Assembly (NCBI GenBank): GCA_030141605.1
Contig: JAQGDQ010000527.1
Coordinates: 1 to 64,000 of the forward strand
Length of the DNA stretch: 64,000 bases
Reading direction: 5' to 3'
Source: Tubiluchus corallicola
Taxonomy: Eukaryota > Animalia > Priapulida
The notes under the pieces are model-generated. The model had not been told where the DNA came from. It ran no database searches and saw nothing but the letters and a program-made list of their open reading frames with translations. Shown here one piece after another: positions 39,353 to 53,449 of the stretch (position 1 is the first letter of the stretch; every line of letters begins with the position of its first letter). The translations under genes were made by a program, and so were the position numbers.

Positions 39353-40889
39353 TTGTTACGGGTGTCTTCGTGCTCTCCAAAAGCTTACGTCATTTTTTTT
39401 AAATATACCAGCAAGGTTCATTTGACGGTGGGAGATAAGAATCATTTAGATTTCTTTAGGATTTTTAAAGATATTGAAGCGTTTTGTGCTCGTACATTTT
39501 GTGGTAATGTCAATATTTCTAATTGTATATTGACATACAATAAATGTTCTTCAAGGTTTGATTTTCCCTTTAAACAATAATCGATAGGTCTTGTCTATAG
39601 TGTACAGTTTACAAGCACAGTTCAGCTATGTGATGGGGTCAAATGTATCACAGTTAAATTATAAAATTGTTTAGCTTGCATGTCATTTTTTATGGTTTCT
39701 CAAAGCAAACAATGAGTTTGTCCCATTTTGAAGTGACTCGCCCTAGCACTTACTTTTGCCTATATTTTTAATTGATGCATATACTGTACAGCAAATGTGT
39801 GTATTTTCAGTACAGCTAATAATTAAAGGTGAAGTGAAGGAGAAATATCCATTCATATTCTCCTAGTGAACATAGATTAATTGAAAAATTCTGACGCCTG
39901 TTTGTCTGCCAGAGTTGTGTCAAAATTTACAAGTTTATAAGTTCAAGGTATTCTTGCAATCATAATCTTTAGATGTACTTTTGAAGTTGACATGTTGCCT
40001 TTTGTTACCTAGTTAGTTTCAAGGTATTTCTGGCATGCAGTGAGTGTACCGCATTGCCAACAAGTCTACAAAACATGAAATAGGCAGGCGATCGTCGAGG
40101 TATTCCTGCATATAATTAACATTAAGTCAGAGCAGGTCCTACACATTATATATTGAAAATTTTTGACCCAGACATTTGAAGGTTACATAAAGTTTGATTA
40201 ATGCTGATATTTCACCCCCGGTGAACAATTTTCCAGACTTGAAAAGTGAGATTTTCTATTATAATGTAACGTCTAAGCAGGTTGTAGTTATACAAATTAT
40301 CCCATTTATGCTAAGAATAAATGACATTATTTATGTATCGTAAATTATATCTTCAGACGTTTATTGTCTGTTTCTATAACTTATAACCTTAGAGAAGTGG
40401 CTTAGAAAAATGGCTGACAGACTGCAACAAAACACTGCTTGTCAGTTAGTACGCAATGCCGCTGTGATTTTGATATTAATAAAATGTAGTTTTGCTTTCA
40501 TTCTTGATTGAGATTTATACCGTGTTTGCCCCGAGGGACATCGCAGGCTAGCAGTCTAAATACCATCGGTTCATCACTTAGTTCACTGTTTATGGTGATC
40601 GATTGTGCAAATAATTTATGCACAATTTTATGTAAATTTAACCACGTTGCCATTTGAACATTTTTGTAAGCGTGTCTGTTTTTTTAGCATTGTGTTGTTG
40701 ACTGAAATTGTATAGCAGAGACTGAGTAAAGTTCGTTTGTTATTGCGTCGTAGTTTTTTTGCAAGATTAAATACACAAAGAAGTGCACATAACTTCAGTA
40801 AAATAAAAGGATATATTATGGAACAGAGTTCTGAGTTTTACTGTAACCCTTGGAAAGTCATGGACATATTAGAAACTCCAACTAAAACA

Positions 40890-41290
40890 GAACTCTGCTG
40901 CCCGTCTCATTACAAAAAAACAGGAAAACATGATCATATTACACCCCCCCTCCCCGTTCTACGAGAGTTACATTGGTTGCTGATAAAGTTCCGAATTCAA
41001 TATAAGATCCTTTGTATCACCTACAAAATACTACATGGTTTGGCACCTGCCTGCCTTACTGATCTTTTAATACGCTGCAACATAGGAAAAACACTTCATT
41101 CTGATGCTAATGAACAAATTAATTTGCATCAGCTAATCCCTAATACAGTATTCTATGGTGAAAAAGCTTTTTTCTGTCTGAGCTCCGCATCTGTGGAATA
41201 ATTTACCTGTTGCTGTACGTTTTGCAAATTCATTAGATTGTTATAAACAACATTTTAAAACACGTTGTTCTTTCCAAATTTCTTTGTTAT
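40890..41290 (+). mobile_element. L2-clade LINE 3' fragment
   Basis: KHDHITP..VLRELHWLLIKFRIQYKILCITYKILHGLAPACLTDLL...YGEKAF...WNNLP is the canonical L2 ORF2 C-terminus. Confidence 0.85.
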
Positions 41291-43409
41291 ATTTTTCTAA
41301 CTTCAAACGATATCAGTAAAATAAACTCAACATACTGAGTGACTTGTTCTTTCCTTTGAATGTCTTTCATTTTTAGAAGGCAACTGGATAGGCCAATACA
41401 GCAGAATTGCTAAGTCTGTAAACTGATCCAATATTTTCTCTGTTTTTCCATTTAATTTCTTGTGTTTAAAAAGTTTTGTTAAATTGACGGCTCTATGAAA
41501 TCATGTACAGCAAGTCAAAAGCAGTAATCCCCAACTACCTTCCATCCTCACTATTTCAGGGGCAAATTCTTTTACTTAAGATCAATTTACATGAAACAGA
41601 AACTAGTTGAAGATAGTCATCTATATGTACTAGGGCACTTTGCATTAATAGCTCTGACACTGCTGTGTCTACACCTCAGCATCTTCAGTTGACAATGTCC
41701 GTTTAGTTGACTGGAAAACGTGATCAGCTCTCGCACAATGCTAGATCTGCATATTCGCTGTCAGGCACAAAAGGAGAGCAAACGTTTTGAGCCCGTGAAA
41801 TCAAGTTTAAGATCATCTGTGTTGATACCTAAATCCATCCAGAGTCGGCACGTTTGTGTGGGATCAGCGAACAACCTTGTACCCGGTTTAGAAGTGTTCT
41901 GACATTATTATAACCAGAGTGACATAGTTTAAGCTTTTGCAAGTGCTGGTTTTACTGGAACATTTATTCGTCGTTTAGACGCTTGAATTCTTGTGGGCAT
42001 TCATATATATATATATATTAATTCTTTATTTGTCATAAAAATGATTCACTCATTATAATAAAATTGAGTGAGCCTCAGCGTAATGTTAAAATAACAACAC
42101 TGTTCAAGACAAATACGTCCAGTGCAGGCTAAAAAACTAAAGTGCAAAACTAAGGCCTAATTATATACAATAAATGAACATATTTACAAACATCATATTA
42201 AAATATTTGTACAAAACAATTTTACGAAAGTACATTAACTTTTACATGACATATTTTACACTATATATACATTTGACATGACACAATTAACAGAAACATG
42301 CTTTACATTACATAAATTTCACTCATTACATTTACACTATTTATACATTTGACATTACAAAACTAACATAACACGTATTACATTACATAATTTTTTTTTT
42401 TATAAAATTTTCATTTTAATCGTTATATGGAGTCAGGGGCGGGGGTAGATGAAAGTGGAGTCTGTGTAATTAGTATCAGATGCACAATGTCATCAATGGC
42501 TGTATTACAAAACCTACTAACAACAAACCGTGTCAATATCACACTGAGAAATCAAAAAGTAGCAGGACATTTCAGTAAGATAATCAGTGTGTTGTACTAA
42601 AATTAGTCAGATTTTAAGTTAAAAATTAAAATTTCAAATTTACCGCTGTGCTCACGCATGAGCCATTGAACGTGTTCAGAACGTCATAAATGAACACATC
42701 TGAACTGAGAGGTACAGCACCTGTTACCGTACTAACCACTAACACTGGGCAAAACAGAGAAAACAAAAAAATACAAAGAAATCAACAAGCACAACTTTGC
42801 TTAAGGATTTCTTTAGAAACAGAATCATAAAAATGGACACAAGCTTCCTAAGCAGCTGACAGTTCGATGCGTTTTTCATGCGACTCAAACAAGACTAGTT
42901 TCGTAAACTACTTACAGTTATAATTAGGAAGATGTTGTAAGTTAAAAATTAAAACAGAATGACAATAGTTCTGCAGTAGGGTAGCATAAACAATGGAGCA
43001 TAACTTTTAATCCTTTTTTTTATTTATTATTATTATCACATTCAGTACAATATAAAGCACACAGTGACATCAAAATTATTACATCTACTATATTAAATTA
43101 TTATGTTTCATACACTATCGTTACCATAAAAGAATAATTGTTCTGCAGTGGGCTAGAGAAGCAAAGGCTTGTATAAGCCCAGTGTCATGTGAACCCGATA
43201 AAGAAATGGATGAGTGAACAAAAAAGAACTGGGAGAAAGGTTAGATCACACAGGAAGGGTAGAAGGATGTGTTAGTGGAAATAGTAGCAAGAAAGATAAT
43301 AGATTGCGCTATGTTGACCTAAGAATTTCCTAAGAAATTATGGCTGCTCTACTTTAGTAATACTGCAGAAGTCACTGATGTTTATTTCTGTAAAAAATTA
43401 CTGAATTAA

Positions 43410-43830
43410 AAAATGGTTACTTATGTCGACTGTGATATTAAAGCTGGTCAGGAATTTTGTAGTGACGTCACCAGACTTAAGCGAAAATTCTTTGTGACTG
43501 TTAATAACATTCTGTCGACTTTAGCTGAGCATCGTAATGAAATGGTGGCAAAAAACTTAATGTGTTCCTTTTATTTACCTATCTTATTATGCGCTTGTGA
43601 AAGCGGTGCTGTTAGTACCACTTTCATACAAACTTAAATATCATAAGAGTCTGCTATTTCTAGAAAAAAATTTCAAGTATAGACAAAATGAAAGCGTCAA
43701 GCTACTGATGTATTATTGTGGGACTATACCATCAAATATCATAATGGACTTATTAAGCTTAACTTTCTAAGAAAAATGCAAAATTCGTGTCACATACTTA
43801 TACGGAAATTTTTGTATTTTATTAATGACA
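43410..43830 (+). mobile_element. Degenerate non-LTR ORF2 fragment
   Basis: RKFFVTVNNIL...SFYLPILLCACE resembles the post-RT LPILxYGCE motif. Confidence 0.5.
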
Positions 43831-44672
43831 GTTTTTTTAACAAAGAGGACAAGAAAAGGGGTACCGGAATTAGAGGAGTACAGGAAATTGCATTAAAAAA
43901 TTATATAACTTTACAGCAATTTTATGCATATATCGTACTCGCGTTGAAAGTATTTTTTGTTTGTTTTCATTTTAAATATCCCGCAATACTGTTCCGTTCC
44001 GTTACACGACATCATATACGCACAATGTAAATCAGGGGGAAGGAAAGGAAATGTAAAACTATGTCCCAAAAAATTTTCCATGCAAAAATTATATTGCTTA
44101 GTATTTCGCTTACCTGCTTCAAATGCTTACGTAACTGGATAAGAAAAGCATTAATTATTTAAAATGTTTTTGCCAATTGGTAAAATGTCGCTGACTGACC
44201 CTCCAGGGTGCACCAATCACTAACCAAAAAACGTATTTTTAATCGTATTGACAAGATACAGTAATTTAAAATTTTGCTTAGTTAGTGACGTGTGCGCTAC
44301 GAATACTCTGATTATATTTTCAAACTTTACAAAATGTTATCTAAACTTATTTCAAATGACCTATCGTGAAAATGGCTGCGTCTATCGGTCATTGCGGGAG
44401 TTTAAATTTACATGTTTTACACAGCGTTACTGCTGACGCAAGCCCCGTATGCAAAAAGTATGTAAGTGGTGTAAAATCTCAAGATGAATTTTTTAAGCTT
44501 TATGTAAGTGGAGGGTTTTCTTGTGTTTTTAGATTGAAATATGGTTGTACCTTGTACTTTAATCACATTGTAAAACGTACTGTCAAAAACTCATTTGATG
44601 ATTTCGTAGGAAACTACTACATGTAGCAGACTCATCTTTTTACAATACTCCTAACTCTTAGTTTTGTGTATA

Positions 44673-45243
44673 CAGTCTAGCCTCGTTATCTCGCCCCTCG
44701 TTATGCCGCCAAACTCGTCTCTCGTCATAGAAAGTACCAGAACGGATTTCCTGCTTTGATATTTACCTCGTTAAGTCGCCACCCTCGCTTCTCGCCCTCG
44801 CCACGTCATGCTAGGATGAGTGCTTATGTAAACTATATTCGTTATGTGGCCAAACAGACAAACTCAGAAGTGAATCGATCAATACATATACTGCTTGTCG
44901 ATCAATATAACCGCGGTACGTACACAATGCTGCTTGTAGACAATGCTGCTGTACTCGATAGACAGACATAATTACATTTAAGTGTATACTCGAAAAAGGT
45001 TTTTTAAATAAAAAAGTAACATTCTAAGTTTATTTTTATGACATTTTTTCATTTCTGATTTAATGTTGATTGGTATCATAATGCGAAATATATTTTATAT
45101 GTACATAGAGGAACACTATGTTAACCAACTATTATGTATATACATATAGACTAACTTCGTTATATTCCCGTTATCTCGCCATACTCGCTTCTCGCCAAAA
45201 ATTTGCCCTAGACGGACAGTGGCGAGATAGCGAGACTAAACTG
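44673..45243. mobile_element. Tigger/pogo-like MITE
   Basis: TA|cagtctagcctcgttatctcgcc...ggcgagatagcgagactaaactg|TA. Confidence 0.85.
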
Positions 45244-45461
45244 TACATACTTGTTGTCTATTAACATCATTGTACGTGTGCTGCATCGATTTTAGATGAT
45301 GCGAGTAAAATGAATAATAATAATAATATTAATAGTTTAGTTCAAATTCATTTAAACTGCAACTTGTTTTATTGTTCTGGTGAATAGTCTGGTAAATCCA
45401 CACGTGTTTAAAGTCAAGTATTTTTCTTTCCTAACTGTGTTGCGTTCAACAAATCTTGCAG

Positions 45462-45600
45462 GATGATGTCAAGAAGAAAGCAAGAAAGTTGACGCGTCGG
45501 GAGCTGCGGTTTCTTCACTTTGCGTCGGTCGAGTATGAAGGTCAGGTGTACATGACTCCTCAGGACTTCCTGGAATCCGTCACGGAGGAGGAACCGAGAC
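45462..45600 (+). CDS. MICU3: MICU2/3 exon 2
   Basis: cttgcAG / GTTAG; DDVKKKARKLTRRELRFLHFASVEYEGQVYMTPQDFLESVTEEEPR, the conserved RF..FAS.E..G..YMTP.DF motif; phase 0/1. Confidence 0.95.
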
Positions 45601-45923
45601 GTTAGAGTTTATTATACCTCTTAAATTTTACCTTGAAACAGTTTTTCCTTCTTTGATATTGGAGTGTTTTAATAAAGTTTAAGTGAAAGAGAAAGTGTAA
45701 TATTTTTCCCTTTGATAAAATTCATAATATTGATAAATAGAGTGTAAAATCTACATTTGTACTTTGTATCTTAACAAGGTCCTTAGTATGTTTTGGAAAA
45801 TGATGTTTCCTATAAGCTTTCCCGATCAGTTGCAAGGGTCGAAATTAAACATGTAGTTGCTCTTCTTGTTCAATAAGAAATCCAGTACAGAGCAGCACCG
45901 TTTCATGTTGACTGCCTCTTTAA

Positions 45924-46414
45924 CAGGGATGAGAATTTCCCGCGGATACGCGGAATTCCGAGTTTTTGGAAGACCAGTAGTGCCATTTTTGTAAATCGCT
46001 TAAATTCGTTGAGAAAATTTTTACGGACCCTGTACATTATTTCACAAGCTGGCCGCTAGTTGGCAGGCCGTCACTTTGTTTACATCATGTACATCAGCAT
46101 AACCACGTGTATATCTTTATGTATAAAAATATAGAATCAATTGTGCAGAGTTATTTGAGTCAATTGCAGACAGTTTTTATATACTTTTGCATAGGAGCGC
46201 CCAATACTGAGGCGTTTTTGACACAATTAGGTATCATGTATCCTTGATAGATGCATATTTTAAATTATGCATGAAACAATGTAATTGATATTTTAAGTCC
46301 ACTTAGAGGCTCTCTGTGGTCACAAAATTGCAATTTGCTGCTGGCTCTAAGGGGGCCTAGGTGGCCCCAAAAACCCCGGCCTGTTTCAGAGTCAATTTGT
46401 CATTCTCATCCCTG
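45924..46414. mobile_element. hAT-like MITE family E with 6-bp TSD
   Basis: TIRs cagggatgagaat / attctcatccctg; ctttaa duplicated on both sides; partial second copy at about 49092-49375. Confidence 0.8.
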
Positions 46415-46611
46415 CTTTAAGCGCACTTTATTAATCCAAGTACTATCAAGCATCTGCTTTTCTTTTGCCCTCGGGACAAGCCTTTCAAAATTTCGTCATC
46501 AACTTCGTAATGCCATTTCATGCTGAGCAAAATCAGAAAAAGGGACCGAGTGGTAGATTGTATTTTCCCTGAGTTAGCTTATTTTTTATTGTTTGCTTTC
46601 TTGTTTTCTAG

Positions 46612-46722
46612 CACGTATAGGAAGATTAAAATTAACAGATGCTGATATTAAGCATATAACAAAGCATACCCCATCAAGAAGGCACAGCGGTTCTTCACTG
46701 TTTCGTACAATACACAATAGGG
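46612..46722 (+). CDS. MICU3: MICU2/3 exon 3
   Basis: ttttctAG / GTAAGT; (P)RIGRLKLTDADIKHITKHTPSRRHSGSSLFRTIHNR(G); phase 1/1. Confidence 0.92.
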
Positions 46723-48028
46723 GTAAGTTGTCCAAATTCTCTGGTTTTCCCTCTTTATGTGTTTTTCATACCAAAAGTGTTTTATTGTATAGCCTGTCTG
46801 AATGCTAATCAGAAGGCTTTGGTTCAGTTCCTGAGCTTGACCTTACATTTTTTTTTGCAACTTCAGTTTCAAGTGAGTTCAGTAGTAAATCTTTTGCACA
46901 ATCTTTTAATTGAAATCTATTAATTCTGCCGAGACATTTTTATCTCCTCCTTTTGATGTGGAAAAGTTCATCTCTTTATGCATCGTCGCAGTTAAACTCT
47001 TTCTACTCGCTCGGTAATATCGGTAAATGGACCACACATGCATTTCAAGCGCAGGCCGCATTTGAATAAATACGTTTCGTTCTCCGAAACAGTTGAACTA
47101 ATATTTTAACTTTGTTCCTCTGGGTTTAAGCGTGTCACCGCATTGACTCGGGCTCCGTTCGGCCTGTTTGATTTGTCGGGTTGCTTTTTTGACGGTGCAA
47201 ATTCGCCGCTGCTATACAGGGTATAGCTAGCTGGAACCACGTCTCCCCTGTTGTTTAAATATTCCCCAAAATTGTGATAGACATCCCTGTGCAAACATTG
47301 TTGGTTGAAAAGCGAATAAAGCTGCGAATTCCATCCAGCTATCAACAATAGCCGAGCTGGGCTACTAAGTATCTGTTTAGCGACAAATGTTCGTGAGCCG
47401 CGGCCAGGTAAACAGGTGTGAACATCGATTATTGTTTCCTTTTGGATGCTGTTGACACTGATGGCAGTTGTAGGGAGGCGGACGCACTCTGACGATGCGC
47501 GTAGGCTAGCGCGAAAAGGACGCTGCGAATAACGCTTCAGAAGAATCGCTTGGATACCAAGTTGACGGGAGATTCAGCTTGCGGTTGATTCTCCACAATA
47601 ACTGATAACTTGCCGCTGTTGAGCGTTCGCTAACCGATGCTGCTGGCACCCCCTCTGGGCGTGCAGTTCACCCTCATGACCGACACCCACAATGAATGCC
47701 GCCTAGTGATTTTAACTCGCCAGATTTAATGGAAAGTGTTGACTTTGACGGGGATTCGAAAGCGGATTTGTCCGATTTCGTTTGCTTTCATATTTTGACT
47801 GCAAAATAGTTGATCGGCTCATCCAGTGTACCAACATGGTCACGTATTGATAAGGAAAGCCGTATTTACCATAAACTCACAACTTTTGCGCGACTTAAGT
47901 CTCGCGAAAAACTTGTTCTTTCGTCCAAAACACGGAATCGTCTGTGTAATTAATGTTTTTTGACAGGATCTTAAACGAGCTTCTACTAATTTTTGCTTTT
48001 GAGCAATAGCAGTAGACGGGATTATACA

Positions 48029-48207
48029 GAATGAAACACGACTTTTTTACAATTTTGTTCATAACTCCACGAACACATTTTGTCTTTGTCAGTGTTGAAA
48101 ATTACTTAAAATTACTAATAAGGAATGAAACACAACTTTTTTACAATTTTGTTCATAACTCCACGAACACATTTTGTCTTTGTCAGTGTTGAAAATTACT
48201 AATAAGC
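48029..48207. repeat. Direct duplication, about 94-bp period
   Basis: gaatgaaacac...gtgttgaaaattact occurs twice. Confidence 0.85.
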
Positions 48208-48249
48208 CTTTTCACCATTTCGTTGTGGTCACGCGCAGTTTCTGTAGGT

Positions 48250-48712
48250 CAGTGGTGTGCAAATTGCGGCCCCCGGGTAACTTGCGGCTCGCCGAGAGAA
48301 TTTTTCCGGCCCGGCTGATTAATTGAGTGTATCCAGTTGAAGTACGTGCCACGATCTCAAAGATAGTGCGGGTAGTTTTTTCTACTAGATCGGATGCCAT
48401 TAACCCTTACAAGACGGTTGTAGGTTAATAACACTGTACTACACAGACTGTGTGATGCACATTACTAATATGCATTGTAATGAAATTACCACTATCTGTC
48501 CTGAAAGTAGAAATATATGGTTTGTAATATAAATTTTAATAAGTTCTAAAATAGTTTCTTGAGTGTAGTAGTAATGATGTACGTAGGTCCGATGCAAAAA
48601 ATCGTTATTAGGCCTTTCTGTACTTGGCTCCTTGATCAAACTGCCTGTGGCCCGCAGGAATTGCGGGAAAGTTTAATGTGGCCCGGCTAGTCAGGTAATT
48701 TGCACACCCCTG
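48250..48712 (+). mobile_element. hAT-type MITE, family A copy 2
   Basis: cagtggtgtgcaaatt...aatttgcacacccctg; perfect 8-bp TSD ctgtaggt. Confidence 0.92.
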
Positions 48713-49091
48713 CTGTAGGTCAAAGGTTAGCCGTATGACGGCAACGCGTCTTTGCTACGATGGTCGTGTGACATGTTTGTAAAGCAAAGCCCAGTTCAGT
48801 GACTTCAATTGTTTTACCCGGACTTTGCTTAATTATGCATTAGTTTGTGCATAGAGTGATTTGCTAGCAGGACCTTGTTTGGGAACAAGAAAAAATGAAC
48901 TAGGTAAGGTTCAAGCTAGCTGTTAAAACTGTTGCTGTTACAACAACATGGGCTGTGAGACGTTGTCATGTGTACACATATGTGTTATCTGGTACATGTA
49001 ACCTTTGACCTTTTCACGATTACGCTGGAACTGGGGCATATCCTAAATGACAAGAATAGTGATAATGAATAAAAAATAAACAAGGAAAAAG

Positions 49092-49375
49092 AACCACGTG
49101 TTTATCTCTATGTATAAAAATATAGAATCAATTGTGTGGAGTTATTTGCATCAATTGCAGACAGTTTTTACATACTTTTGCATAGGAGCGGCCAGTACTT
49201 AGGCGTTTTTGAGGCAATTAAGTATCATGTATCCTTGATAGTTGGATAATTTAAATTATGCACGAAACAAGGTAACTGGTATTTTAAGTCCACTTAGAGG
49301 TTCTCTATGGCCTACACGGCCCCCAAACCCCCGGCCTGTTTCAGAATTTTTTGCAATTTGTCATTCTCATCCCTG
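49092..49375. mobile_element. Partial family E MITE, right part
   Basis: Homologous to 46101-46414; ends attctcatccctg. Confidence 0.8.
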
Positions 49376-49600
49376 TATTATTTTGTGATTGATTTTTATT
49401 TACCTTTTTATGTTTCCCCGAGGAACTAGAGTGGTAGTTCGAAAATGTTGTGGGCCTTTTCCTTGTTTTTCAATTGAGTGATATTTTATTCATTAATCTT
49501 CTCTTGTTCTCGGTGTGAATGAGGCTTGATTTACAAACTTTTGGCAAAATGTATTTCATGTCGTATTTTTGTTAACTAATGCGCGTTTGTGTATTTTCAG

Positions 49601-49648
49601 GCATAATCTCATACACTGAGTATCTCTTCCTGCTGTGTGTGCTCACAA
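49601..49648 (+). CDS. MICU3: MICU2/3 exon 4
   Basis: ttttcAG / GTAAGT; (G)IISYTEYLFLLCVLT(K), nearly identical to recalled human MICU3 GVISYTEYLFLLCILTK; phase 1/1. Confidence 0.95.
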
Positions 49649-51059
49649 GTAAGTTATCTAACATCGTTTTTACCTGTTTTTACAAAGAAATAGTTAGAAT
49701 TGTGAGTCATTGTGTTGATAACTTCGTTTTCTGATATGGAAATATTTCCACCGGGAAATAAAGTATTTTGTACAGTTTTTTCACGCTGAAGAACTGAGAT
49801 TCCGCATTGATCGGTAGGTACCAGGTTAATGTAAATGACTGTGGCAGGATCTGAACTTAGCAATCAAGAGTAATCCTTAAGATTAAGTGCTTAATCAACA
49901 AAAACACCTTAGACACATTTGACTGCATATGCATCCTCGCTGTCCGTGATATATAGCCGGGTAATATGGCAGTTTTCTACCCATCACCCATCCATTTTCT
50001 GATTAGAATTGGTACTTTCAAGTTCAGCATATGTGATGGGACAATTGATTCTGGACAGCTTGTATTCTCATTCTGGAATAATGATATTCATTATTTACCT
50101 CGTCGAGGAAGCTTCCTGACAGGCTAAGATGCTTCTGTCAGCTCAATGTCTTATCTTCGGTGATTATTTTTCCCAGTGAGCTACATTCCTGTTCCTCCAC
50201 CACCATTATATATATATATATATATATATACCCTACGATTGAGGGTACACTGTATATACACTACGAGTGTGTACCTGATATCAGCTGTGCTTGCCAGGTG
50301 CCAAATTGTGCAAAAATTCAACAGAATCAAAGTTAGAATATGAAATTAATGTCTTGCAGTTGCCAAAAGAAAACATGTATGTTGTATGTTGGTTAACTTC
50401 TCCTGGCTTAGATTATAACACCCGCCAGTATTCAATAATTCAATCTATTGTGGTGTGCATAATTTCAAAACTTGCGTATGACAAACAGCGGTGCCTAGGT
50501 GGCCGAAGTTGAACCGCCCCCCGACAAACAATCGACCCACGGAAGCGATGACACGACGTTCTGATGTTGCCGCCTAAGCGATGGGGATGCGTGTTTATGC
50601 GATGCGTCGTGTCGGCAGCCGTCGGCCGGTTGATGTGTTTTGAAACGCGATGCTATTTTAAAATGTAATCTGTTACGGAGGTACATCAGCTCCCGAACGC
50701 TTCTTCGTTTCCGATACGGTTCGTGTATAAACTGTCGAATGCAAACAGATGATTAAACAAGAGAGTAACGGCTACTTTTATTCCCCGGTACAAATGGGAT
50801 CCAGATGGGGAGCGCAAACTGGGATGGTTGGGAATCACGTGAACTCGACTCTCGTTAGCAAATTTATTTTTATCCGAAGATATTATTTTTGATTAGGTTG
50901 GTGCGGTTTGTTCTAATTGCGTTTAGCATGTCTTACACCAGGCGGCGTAAAATGCATTTGTGTAGGTTAATCTAGGTTCGTGTGCAGTCAACTGGTGACA
51001 CCTGTTGACAAGTTGTGTAAGTTAACAACATTATAACCTTAGTTGCTGAATAAAGAAGT

Positions 51060-51845
51060 TACAGTATTAATAACATTATTAACAACAATAGAGCAGCATC
51101 ACCAACAACAGATAGCACGATGACAACAACATCATCAACAATAGCTACAACATGAATGTAGAGCGACAAGAATTGTAATAACCATGGCAGCAAGAACAAT
51201 AGCAACAAGATCAATGCCAACACGACAATAACGTGGTCAACTGCAGCAACAGTAACAGTACCACAACGTTAGTAGCAGCAACAAGAAGAGCAGCAGCAAC
51301 AGAAATAGCAAGAACAACAACAATAACAGCAGCAACAACAACAACAGCAGCAGCAGTTACAAGAGCAACAATAACAACGACAACAATAACAGCAGCAACG
51401 ACAACAACAGCTACAAGAGCAACGATGACAACAATAACAACAACAGCAGCAGCTGCTACAGCAACAACAACAACAGCAGCAGCAGCTACAAGAGCAACAA
51501 TAACAACGACAACAATAACAGCAGCAACAACAGCAACAGCTACAAGAGCAGCAATAACAACAACAACAATAACAGCAGCAACAACAACAACAGCTACAAG
51601 AGCAACAATGACAACAACAACAACAGCAGCAACAGCTGCTACAACAACAACAACAATAACAGCAACAACAGCAACAGCAGCAGCAGCTACAAGAGCAACA
51701 ATAACAACAACAATAACGGCAGCAACAACAACAACAGCTACAAGAGCAACAATAACAACAATAACAGCAGCAACAACAACAACAGCTACAAGAGCAACAA
51801 TAACAACAACCACAACAAAAGCAACACCAGCAATAACATCATACT
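51060..51845. repeat. CAA/CAG cryptic triplet repeat with higher-order unit (gctacaagagcaacaataacaac...)
   Basis: Visible; source of the poly-T/A and poly-V/A pseudo-ORFs inside a MICU intron. Confidence 0.9.
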
Positions 51846-52437
51846 CATAAAAACTTGAACAACATGAATGTTACTATTAAGTAGATTCTGCAGTCGTCTG
51901 AGGCAATAATTTTTGCATTAAATTCACCAAAAAAAATTAAAATCTCAATCTGTACTAATCAACGTTTTAATATGTGGATACACTAACTCTTGTGCAGTTT
52001 TTGCGACTTCATTTTTGAGCAACAAGTTTAGTTCCGACTATGAGGCATGGAAAAACCAGGAGCGCTTGTTTTGATACGATAGTCAATCCATTTAAGAACA
52101 AGTCGGCTTCCCCTGAGTGTAGCCTTGGCTTCCCCTCCCTCAGTTAGCTTGCAATATCAATTAAGATTTTGAGACGCCCTGGATAAACGTAACATTTGTC
52201 TGCCAGATGGTGAAAATAGCATCCCAAACAGATGCGGAAGCTGATGCTTCCAAGGTTGTTATGAGAATAGGAGGTGCATTAAGCATTTTAAGGAGCGACT
52301 GCGTTTAGGACATTGGTGTTTTTACTGAATTAGATACCTTAGAATGTAAAAAAGACGAATTCTGCCAATTTAATATGATTGTCTGGAACATTAGATTAGA
52401 TTAGATTTATATTATTTGTCCCATGCTACACATTTAC

Positions 52438-52820
52438 AATATAATATAATATAATATAATATAATATAATATTATATTATATAATATTATATTATATTAT
52501 ATTATATTATATTATATTATATTATATTATATTATATAATATAATATAATATAATATAATATAATATAATATAATATAATATAATATAATATAATATAAT
52601 ATAATATAATATAATATAATATAATATAATATAATATAATATAATATAATATAATATAATATAATATAATATAATATAATAGAATAGAATAGAATAGAAT
52701 AGAATAGAATACAATACAATACAATAGAATACAATACAATACAATACAATACAATACAATACAATACAATACAATACAATACAATACAATACAATACAAT
52801 ACAATACAATACAATACAAT
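52438..52820. repeat. Compound pentamer microsatellite (ATAAT)/(ATTAT)/(AGAAT)/(ACAAT)
   Basis: Visible blocks, including a strand switch at about 52470-52535. Confidence 0.95.
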
Positions 52821-53449
52821 ATATAGGGAATTTGTGAATTGACAGAATGACTACTGGGCTGCATTGTCACTTTCTGCTTTTGATAATAATAATTTGATAA
52901 TTATAATTTGATCAAGCACTAAAAGACATTGTCCACAGTTTATAATCATTTGTCAAAATCCAAGTTCAAGTTCTTTGAAAGCCAATCCCAGATTCAATTT
53001 GAATTATAATTTGAAAACCAATCCCTGATTCAATTTGAATTATAATTTGCAAAAGCCAAATTAAGGAACAATTTTACTCGTTGTTTCACTTGAAAACCGG
53101 AACTAGACATTGTCCGCGATTTATAATCATTTGTCATCGTGGCGCTTTGTTTATTTACCAATGCTGTCTGTCTCGCTGCTTGCGTGAAAAACGCGTTGAC
53201 GGATGCCACATTAGTGGTTTGGATGTGTGCCAACACGTGGGTACTATTTACACGGGACCTGGATACAACCGGAATTGTGTGGGCTGCTCTGACAAATGGC
53301 TCTCCAACTGATGGCGTTTGAAACGAGAGAGAAAATGGTTGTTATTAAACAGGCGTCCTGGTCCGCCCACTTGTAGCACATCAAGAGTCTGATTTGCGGA
53401 ATGTTGATATAATATTCCCGCTGCTGCGAGAATTTGCTTATGGCGGTGG

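Noticed and set aside
47489-47520. Hammerhead core ctgacga-t-gcgc...gcgc-gaaa
   Set aside because: Stem II fits, but I could not form stems I and III with a UH cleavage site.
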